A DNA stretch of 61,674 nucleotides, filler included, from Dugesia japonica (taxonomy: Eukaryota), in assembly GCA_001938525.1 (NCBI GenBank). It is 6 parts of 6 records of this genome, joined end to end, with 100 filler letters (N's around TTAATTAATTAA, not from the genome) between each part and the next. Parts side by side here need not be neighbours in the genome. Positions count along the whole stretch, not along the records: positions 52,012 to 61,674 come from MQRL01603657.1; 5 more parts are not named here. One strand, given 5' to 3'. Under the pieces are notes generated by a model. The model was given only the letters and a program-made list of their open reading frames with translations, was not told the DNA's origin and searched no databases. This document shows, one piece after another, positions 52,012 to 61,674 of the stretch (positions are counted from its first letter, which is position 1; each line of letters opens with the position of its first letter). A program made the position numbers and the translations under genes.

Positions 52012-53081
52012 AACATTCTCTGAAATTATCAAAAAGGGCCGTAATCAGGAGAGTAAACCAGAATAATAATGAGAATAGTCATGATAACAGCAATATCAAT
52101 AACAGACTAAATAACAAATTAACAGATAACAAGAAATCCGAACCGAGACATGGAAGATAATTGACAATTACTTTGCTGATGCATCAGGCAACAATACCAG
52201 TCGTAATTAGGACATACGATATCGATTAAAAGGAATTAAAAATACTGATGGTGGCAGATAACATGAGCCAAATTAAGCCGCTTTTTCTTTTGAGTTANCG
52301 GTAAAAGTTATTGAATCTCAAAACTAAATAATGCCAAGGCCATTAGTAATAATTATCATGCTGAAAACAATAGCATGAATGGTGTGTAATTCATATTGAC
52401 TTAATCTAGTATAATTGTACAATGGGATTTGCCAGCTTAAATGTCACATACAAAAATATTTAATAGAAGATAATTGAGAATAATTGTAGTTTACGAATTT
52501 CACTGGAAAATCAGCAGAGCAGATAAATGGATGCAGTGTGTTGTATATGACAAAGTCAGCTGTCTTGAAATACCTGATGATAAAAACAACTCTTGTGATA
52601 TTATTCACGACAATGAAGATAAGACTGATTTTCTAAAACAAATATAGCAAAAATTAGTTTCGTTATTCGTCTTAACGTCTATCCATTGTAAGCTACCCCA
52701 CTATCATATTATCGAACAAACAATTAATTTTAATGCTATTTAATAAGCTGTTAACTACTTATAGCTGGGAACAGAGCTAATTTATTTTACTTCGACCAAA
52801 TAGTAATGGGTGTATTGATGGGAAAGGATATAGAGATGAATTCTGTAAGCTGTTAGCAGTGTAGCCTCAGCAGATAGATACCAGTGTACATAACCATCTT
52901 TCCACCAACTATGATGTGCTGTGCTGAAAACATGTGTTGAAAATTTGAGCATTTTGTTTGGCTGATAAAATTATATGGTAAATTTTTTCAATTTCGATTT
53001 TGGTTCGTCGAATTTTTGGTCGGGAAGTTTGAAAATTAATAATAAAATAATTAATAATAATAATAATTAATAATAATCTCA

Positions 53082-54022
53082 AGTATACAACAAGTTCTAC
53101 CGAGCACTGTAGTCAAGGGATGCTTCTTCAATTTCAGCCGAAATGTCTATAGAAAGATCCAGGAACACGGCCTACAACAAAGATATAAAAAAGATGACGA
53201 CCTTTCACTGAAAATGAAGATGATTGCAGCCCTAGCGTTCGTTTCTGAACCAGAAGAGTTGTCTGATGAACTTCCGGCTGAAGCACAACCTGTCGTCTAT
53301 TATTTTGAAGACACCTACATTGGTAGACCACAATGACGAGGACGTTGTCCACCTATTTTTGAAAGTGATCTTTGGAACATGTACCAACGATCACAAGATG
53401 AACTTCCATGAACAAACAACTCTGTTGAAGGATGACACAGAAGTTTCCAGTCAAATGTTTGTTGTAATCATCCTAATTTTTGGAATTTCCTTGACTGCAT
53501 CAAACGTGAACAAGCCCTGTTGCAACTACACTTGACACAAGCTCTTGCTCATCCTCAACCTGGAAGAATGACTTATTCAGATCTAAAGGATCAAATCCTC
53601 ACTAATGTACAAGACGTTGGAAATCGTAACAAACTGGATTATTTACGTGGCATTGCCCATAATTTAGGGTTTTAAATAGATTTTTGCATGCTTACTTTTC
53701 TTTTATAAAAAATATAATAATTTAATACTAGAAAAAACAAACAACTTTTTCAGTAAAATTTTATTTTAATTTTACAATTTTCAGAAAGTTCTATTTTAAT
53801 GTATAATATTTAAAATATTTTACTTTCCTCAAATTTTTAATTATTTTGACATGGCCACATTGTCTAGACTCATTTAGCTTATTAAAATTTGCTTAAAAAA
53901 CTTTATTTTGGTTTTAATATTATAAATAATTATTTGAAATAATTATTACTTGGGATTGAAAAGAAATAATATAATTAAATAATTTTGCGGGGGATAATGT
54001 CCGGGGGAATTGTTCTAGAACC
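53082..54022 (+). mobile_element. Mutator-like (MULE) transposon 3' half with right TIR
   Basis: One frame to 53675: KGCFFNFSRNVYRKIQEHGL...ALAF...YFEDTYIG...LWN...LP*TNNSVEG*H...HPNFWNFL...EQ...YLRGIAHN; end GGGGGATAATGTCCGGGGGAATTGTTCTAGAACC. Confidence 0.88.
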
Positions 54023-55413
54023 ATTTTATATAGTTTAATGTACATATTATGTAGAGAATTATTATTTTTAAGTTAATGATTTGATTTTAAGTTAAAGAGT
54101 TTAGTTATAAGTTAATGATTTTAAGTTAATGATACAAGATTATTACATTAATTTAATGATTTATGGTTTTGTTTAATAACATAATTTTAATCGAATAATT
54201 TTAATTTTATCTTCTAAATTTATTTATTTATTCTTCATATCCAGTGTTTTTGAAAAATTAAAATTTAACACGTCTTGAAATATTATTTGGAATTATTGTT
54301 CAATGTTTCTATTAAATATTTTAAAAGTTAGTACGAATTATTGAATAAAATGTGTAGGAAGCACAAAATGTATGAAAACCAAAATAAATTCGATGTATCA
54401 CAATTTAATTGTTATATATATATATATATATATATATACTTAGAGATCTGAAACATATTCTCAAATTTCGGAATTGAAAAGCATTGCCATTGAAAGTCAA
54501 AAGCTAATAGATAATAACAAAATTGAAGTATCAAATTATGCAAATCGTAAGGTAATTATGTCAATTTTATTTATATTTGCTTTTGCTAAGTAGATTCACG
54601 TTAACTTACTGCTCCAATTCTTTTCACCTCTCCAACTTTTGAGATTATATACAGTAGAGTATTAAGCTTACATACAGTTTATTAGGTAATCAATGCGTGT
54701 CGATTACATTAGACTTATTTGCATGAGACATAAAATATGTTTACGCCATAACTATGTAATAGTTACACAATGACTTTGAGGTTATGTAATAATTGGCATT
54801 GTGTCATAATTACACCAATTTTCATGTAATTAGTTGGAAGTTTCTTTCGCCACGGGCAATCGACAGAAAATCCATTTTCGTTAAAATTAATCAAATTATT
54901 TAATTTTTTCAAAAATTATTTTTCTTTTCAAAACATGAAAATGTTTTAATACAAGTCTGCTGAGAATTTCCACGGCTCATTTTTGGTAAAACTTTCATTT
55001 TTTCGAAAAAACGTTTTTCTCAAATTTCATCATCAACTCATTTATTTGACAGAGAAGTCACCGAACTTTCATTGATGAAATATAATGAAAAACCATAATT
55101 ACACACATAAGTACATTTAAAGTGCGTACGCAGTGAAGGAAATTAAGAACATTCGCATGTATTTATTTCCTACTGAGCCATATTTATATTAGAAACTTCT
55201 CGGGTAATAATAACATGAAAAATTGAATAACAGTAAAATTAAAATAAAATAAAAATATTAATATACAAATAAAGTCAAGGAACAAAACTACTTTCAACAA
55301 TAAAATTTGTTCGAAAAATATTTTATAAATCTGAGTAAATGAATTTGAATGAATTGATATCTTCATGTGATTACTAAAATTAAATAGTTTTAAATAAATT
55401 CATTACCTATATA

Positions 55414-56830
55414 TTAACTTGATTGAGTCGTAGGCTTATATATTTCGAGCTTTTTAATTTTGGCCTCGAGTGCTACAATTAAATTTTTAGTGGTGTACAT
55501 GTGTTGGGTTACTAGGCTTTTTGATGTTGTTTGATTGTTGTTAGTCTGATTTTTATTATTAAAATTTTTCCGACTCTTAATGTTGATTTCTGTCTGGGGT
55601 ATGATGCCTAATAACCACAGAAATTTGCGTTGCAAAACGATCCCTCATTTCCGTCTTATACTTTCAATTTCGACTTCCTTGGCTTGGATTTAGTTCGATT
55701 TCTTTTGATTATTATTAATTTATGAATTGCAACAATTTCTTATAACTAAACTTTAGTTTACATACAAATCGTTTACTCGTCTAGATCGATGACTTCTTTG
55801 GGTTGCCCATTTATCTCTTCTTTTTCTGGTCTGGATACCTGTGTTAATGTTCTTACTGTTGCTATCAGGACTCTTTCCTTGTCCGTATAGGATTTGATAA
55901 TGGTTACTTTCGCCCGACATGATTCCAAAAGAGCAAGATCTCGTTCCAGACTTTTGTCGTTCTTTACGCGTAGAGTGAAGTTCTTCTGTAGTTCGACAAT
56001 TTCTGATTTTAATTTTATTTGCATGAAACACTATTTCTGTCTAATATCGGCCATTGATGTATTTGCTGTTATTTTTGATACTGAAATTATTGAGAAGTAT
56101 AATATTCGTTTTACTTTTAAATTCGCAATTTTAATGTAATTTTATAAACGGTTTATAATTAAAAATTAAGAATATTTCATCATCAAGATTACTCTCTTTT
56201 TGTTGTGATGGTTTAAACTTCTTTTGTATAATTATTCAATAAAAACGCAAAAGGATAAGAGTAAAACTATACTGCCAATTAACAAAAAATCACTGATTAA
56301 ATAATAGTCATACTACTGTCTCTTTCTCCATCTCGTCTAATGGTAGTAGTACTTGTTGCATTATCTCCTCCACGTTGGTTGATAATCGTTTGGATAACTT
56401 TGTGTATTCCTTGGCTTCCGTTTGCGTCACCTGCATTGTCCAGATGAGATGTTGTTGATGTCTATCCAGCTCCGTTGTTCGAATCAGTAAAGATACTAAT
56501 TCCTTCTTCTGATCTTTTTGTCATTGCTTCACTTATATTTTCTGTTGATAATCCTGCTCCTGCTTATGTACTCGAACCTGTAATGCTTCAACTCTCTGGA
56601 GTTGTTCCAACTGATGCTGATTCTGTCGGTTCAATTCTGCTTTCAGCTTTCGGATTTCGTCATCTTTCATATTTAACTGGTCTTGGGAAATCCACCAAGG
56701 ATCCACGTTTGTTTCTTCGACCCCCATTGAGTCCCGCAGTATTGGCATCTCGTTGCATGAATTGGATGTAAGAAAACACCCTTTCCTGTCCAATGATATC
56801 TTAGCCATCGTTTTGTGATGGATTCTAAGT
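55414..56830 (-). pseudogene. Disrupted coiled-coil-rich coding remnants of unknown origin
   Basis: ORF 56533-56880 reads on past two stops (KDQKKELVSLLIRTTELDRHQQ...); ORFs 55773-56024 and 55414-55635 are also charged and helical. No family motif recognised. Confidence 0.35.
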
Positions 56831-59149
56831 ATATGAGAAAATATGTTCATGATTAAAATTACAAATTTAATATACGACATTATTNATTATTAAATACTTT
56901 TTATAATTCCATATTGATGTTAATTTATTTANGGAAGTCTTAGTCGATCAACGATCACTCGTCATTGTGGATGGAGTTGGATTCCATACTTCCTATATCA
57001 GAATTATATCATATCATTAGTGGCATGTCACCATCACCTTCTTTCATTAAGTAATTCATATCTTTTGTAATTTCATCTTGATAATTCCTTCAGTTATTAT
57101 ACTTCAAGAGACCCATCAATCTCCAAATGACGATTGATTCATCGACTATATAATCTTTCTAAAAGAATTGGTTGCATTTACCGATTTAAAATCGTAAACT
57201 AAAAATTAAACTATGAATGATCTATAAATTATAATGCAATAAAATAAGAAAAAATAAACACCTGATTAAAATGAATTTAATATTTTCAACGACATGAATA
57301 ACTGTTATATTACATTAACATCAGATTAAAATTAAGATGAGACTCAACCACCACACCTAATATAATTTAACATACTTAAATTGATTTTCCTTATATAATG
57401 ATTGAACTATAATCACACCACCCATCTCCTCATTACGAATACTAGTTTATCTCTTTTATTAATCATTACCATCTCCTCCGTACTTTTCCATAATAACTCC
57501 TTCATAAGCTTACAATTCATAACTTCAAGTAATTTTCAAATCAGATCTATTATGAGCATAAATAACTTTCAAATCATATCTATTATGAGCATAAATAAAT
57601 TTCAAATCATAACGATAAGTAGATGATCTCATTTGGTTGGATCTCTGGACCATGATGATCACCGCTACCAGCACAGCCAGCAAGTGATGAGAATCACTCC
57701 AGTCTTAAGTTTATCATTTTACGAATAATTATAACATAAATAAGAAATAAGTTATAGATTACTTTTTCTTCTCGTTCCAAAGTAGTTATTAAAATTTGAT
57801 AAATGCTACTTATGACTTTGAACAATAAGTACGCAAGAGCTAAAATTTTTAAGAGAATTTCTTTTATGAATTTTTTTATGCCAAATCTTGTAAATTTCAT
57901 ATTGCTTTTAAACGGTTTCTGTTTGTCATTATTTGACACATTCGGGTGGGTGTCCACTTTAATATTTGCAGAAAAATGTAAAACCATGCGGTGCTCACTC
58001 CCAGATTTTACACAAATGTCCTTATTTAGACATGATTTAATTTTCATATTGCTAGGTAGGATTACCGATGCCCACTCGGCATTGTAGATTTTTCTACGAT
58101 TGTACGGTGCTCACCCGACACATGTTTTCAATATCTCATAAATAGTGCAGTGCTCACCCAACACTTATGTTATATAATTTTGTTGATTCAGTGCTTGTTT
58201 AAACCTGCACTGGTGTCTATGAATTCTGTCAGCACAATTCATGTTGTATAAATAATAACATTCATTCTTTAAAGTAATGATTTTGATAGTTTGTTTCGAT
58301 ATTATAAATAGAAATATATACATGTATAAATATAAATAATTTAATATTATTACCAAATTCTCATTTAACTTTTCAATATCTTTTTTTTCATGCAACTCTG
58401 ATCGCTTAATTCGAAATCCTTCTTAGTAAATAATAATATTTAACGGGTAATAATAAATTTAATAATATTTATTGCAAAATAATAATATTTTTATATTTTA
58501 ATCATTTCGATACGTTATTATAGTAACATGATTTGTCCTAACTACATTATTTTAATAATATTAATAATTCAACATTATAACAATGATAGCAATTTATTTC
58601 ATATTCTTTTCTAACTATTCATTTCAATTTTATTGAAATCTTTTAATATAATACTTTTGTTTTACTTCTAACAATTATTTATTATATTATCATAATTATT
58701 TTATTATATTTCTACTTGTATAATATTTATATTAATTATAAATAATAATATATCAATTCCAATTCTAGTTTTGATTTAATTTTCGCCTCGTTTATTATTT
58801 CTCGTTTAAATAATATATTTATTTAATTATTGTTTATTCAAACTTTCTTTTCTTTTTAATTTAGTGAGCCTCATTTATGTTCTTTGTAACTTTTGTGCTT
58901 TTAATTAATTGATTATTATTTCTTTGAGCATTGTACCGTTTCTCGTGATTTATTCATTTTCTTTCTTTAATATTTTATTTTAATAATCGATTCAATTACT
59001 TTATTTCCTTTAACACTCAACATTTCTTAGTAATTCATTATTCGTTAGAAGACATGATAGACTTAAAAGTAACGTTATCTTTAGTTGAAAAAATAGAAAG
59101 AGAACCTATTAAAGTAGTAAAGAGTTACGCTGGTGAAACACTCGGAGAA

Positions 59150-59850
59150 CGTTGGAGAAAGGAGTCCAAATATTGAGAGAGTTACAAAAAGAACAGAACC
59201 ACAGTATTGGACATGCCAGAGTTATGAACATACAAAAATAGAGTGTCCAAAAAATTCTCATGTGGAATGTTCGACTTGTCACAAAAAGGGCATTTAAGTA
59301 GAAATTGTCCAGACAAGAAATCATTTAAATGTTTTGGGTGGGTAAGATTGGTCAAATCAGAAGGATGTGCATAGAAATTGTATGCAGTAAATGTAAAAGA
59401 CCGGGCCACAGAGCAGAAGAATGTTATTCAAACATAAGTAAACCTAGACTAGAAGAGAGAAGATCCAATTCTAAAAGTGAACAGCAAAAACAGATTAGAG
59501 TTGGACCAAACCAATTCATACAATTTGAAAATAATTTGATGAGGAGAATGACGAGACATTTTCTGAGAGCATAATAGAAAATGAAAATCCAAGAAGAGAA
59601 TATCGAAAAGGCAAGGCTCCATCAGTAGAGGAGTTGATCGTAGCCATTCATTTAACGAGAAATGGGATGAGACGAGTAAAGTGAGAGAAAAAGTTTACAG
59701 ATTCTAAAAAGAAGAAGCTTCAATGATGCGGAAGTTAACAAAACAGAAGTAATAGGAATTATTGAAGAAAAACAGAATTTAGAAATTTTGTATGATAAAA
59801 TGCAAAGGAGATCCAGCATTTTAGTGATGATCAAGGGTGAACAGTTTGAT
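59150..59850 (+). pseudogene. LTR-retrotransposon gag remnant with three CCHC knuckles
   Basis: CSTCHK/GHLSRNC, KCFG/GKIGQIRRMC, CSKCKRPGHRAEEC; same layout as 5330-5510. Confidence 0.75.
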
Positions 59851-60747
59851 TAGGTTCATTTGTCATACATCATCAATACTATATGTTTTTTATGCTCATG
59901 TTGGAAATCTTTTCAACATTGGCTTGTTCAGACTGTACGCTAGATGACTAGAAAACCACTTTGTCGTCTTTCTTTTCGTTTTTTGAGATGCTTTCATCAA
60001 TTTTTATACGCTTTGAGGACCTGCTAAGTTTTTCGAATCCCTCTATATTGTCTTCATTTTTTGTTTTCATTACAACAATTTGATGCAATTTTCAGGTCGA
60101 AATTAGTTAATGACTGCAATCCACCGATTGTTCATTTGATTTCATTTTATTGTAATTATTAATAATGCTGCTATAAAATCAAACATTGTTTATTTAAAAT
60201 GAGTTAAGCATAATGAAATTGGTAGTAATGTTGCTATAAAGTTGCCTCTGATAATTCATTACTCGTCTTATTGTATTTCTATTTTTTGTGTTTACAGGCG
60301 TTAATAAAGATTTTTTTATGTTTTTCCAATGTTTTCTTTTTGACTTCTCTCAAATCTACATTACCACGAACAATATTTATAATAATTTCAAGAAATTATC
60401 CATAACATATAGTGGGAATTGTTGAGGTGGTAGTTTGTTGAAATAAAATATAATTATAATAATAAATAAATAACAAAACATTATTTATTATATACCTGAA
60501 AGGGTAATAGTAATTACCTCAGTCATATGTGATTTTATTACTGCAATATTTAGGACCACTCTCAACTTAATGGGTTCTTTGATAATTGTGGTTGGTATTT
60601 ATATATTGTGCTATAATTTTCCTGTAAGATTTTCCCTTCAATTTAGATATCCCAAAGGTACGCCTTTTAGATAAGGAAGTGGGTAAAAAACAAACAAAGT
60701 TTTCACCGCTTATAATTAGCTATTATTTATAATTAATAATAATATTG

Positions 60748-61674
60748 GGGTGAAACACCTGGTATGGAAAATAAAACTGGCGGTAGNTAAAGCCGAAAGT
60801 AAAAAGATAGTCACCAAATGGGGAGACAAAGAATCCAGATAAACGAAAGTCACAATTCATTGAAGGAAATAAATAAATAAAAGAAAATCCCAGGCGGGTA
60901 ATTAAAATCAACGTAATAACCAGCAAACCTTAATGNNNNNNNNNNNNNNNNNNNNNNNNNNNNNNNNNNNNNNNNNNNNNNNNNNNNNNNNNNNNNNNNN
61001 NNNNNNNNNNNNNNNNNNNNNNNNNNNNNNNNNNNNNNNNNNNNNNNNNNNNNNNNNNNNNNNNNNNNNNNNNNNNNNNNNNNNNNNNNNNNTTAAAAGA
61101 ATTAATTTAATTAATAATTGAAAGAAAAAATGACGAACTTAAATTAATTTAAGATCAGAAAAACAAAGAAATAAAGATTTAATTAAATTTTATTAAGAAA
61201 ATAAAATAAAAAAATTTGTTTATTTGAATAAAATAAATNATATGAATTAAAATGATTTATTTTGAAGCAGAAAATAATTATTTTGTCAAAAATAAGAAAA
61301 ATGAAGGTTTCCGCTTGAGTTAAAATTAACAGATAAGAAAATTATGGTCTAGAAGAAAATCGAAGATTTCGAAAATCTAAGTTAAAAGATCATAGCAAGA
61401 CTATAGAAGAAGATATAAGGGTTTGACGATTGACCAATGGTTTTGTAATCTAAAAATATCAACTACTAAAAAGGAATCATGTGACAAAATTGAAACAATT
61501 AACCAGTAGAAACGCCTAAATGACGGTTAACCAAAGAAAAGAATGAGGGTGTGAAGAGAAACCGGTATAAATACCGTTGTAGTTTTCAACAAAAATCACT
61601 CTCTTTTTATCAAGGAAATACGGAAGTTAAAACGAGATTTTTTCAATTAACACAAAAGGTGATTATTTATGCGA
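60748..61674 (+). mobile_element. LTR-like repeat, copy 2 (runs off the window end)
   Basis: Colinear with 24245-25055, including ACCGGTATAAATACCG at 61561. Confidence 0.65.

Noticed and set aside
52150-52900. hAT transposase remnant (TDG..NM, WC.IH.LNL fragments)
   Set aside because: Motifs are too short and frame-broken to support a call.
53082-53675. Alternative genetic code, since all three internal stops in the MULE frame are TGA
   Set aside because: TGA replaces Trp in EGWH but Arg in PRTNN, and other remnants have TAA stops; ordinary point-mutation decay explains it.
59850-60050. Merlin or piggyBac transposase from a KIDES motif
   Set aside because: No other catalytic or flanking motifs.

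Overview
Very AT-rich animal DNA with short (about 30-70 nt) spliceosomal introns; a flatworm such as a planarian is plausible but cannot be shown from this window. It is not one locus: five identical artificial linkers (44 N + TTAATTAATTAA + 44 N) join six roughly 9-13 kb scaffolds, so nothing is linked across them. Host genes are few: a Rac GTPase (exons 1-2, with a shortened Rho insert), the 3' part of an SLC41/MgtE Mg2+ transporter, an intronless 684-aa C2H2 zinc-finger protein with a three-fold repeated module, and an unidentified multi-exon gene. Most of the rest is decayed mobile DNA: Polinton/Maverick remnants (integrase, penton-like gene, two pPolB fragments, probable accessory genes), Penelope-like retroelements with a possible decayed hammerhead, Ty3/Gypsy gag, RT and LTR-like pieces, an R2-type REL endonuclease, mariner, pogo/Tigger, hAT and MULE. 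The most notable pattern is a family of non-coding elements (0.7-3.7 kb, full of minisatellites) with 5'-AGTAGATA... termini, which I infer to be non-autonomous Polinton derivatives. All protein calls come from manual translation and motif recognition, not database searches.
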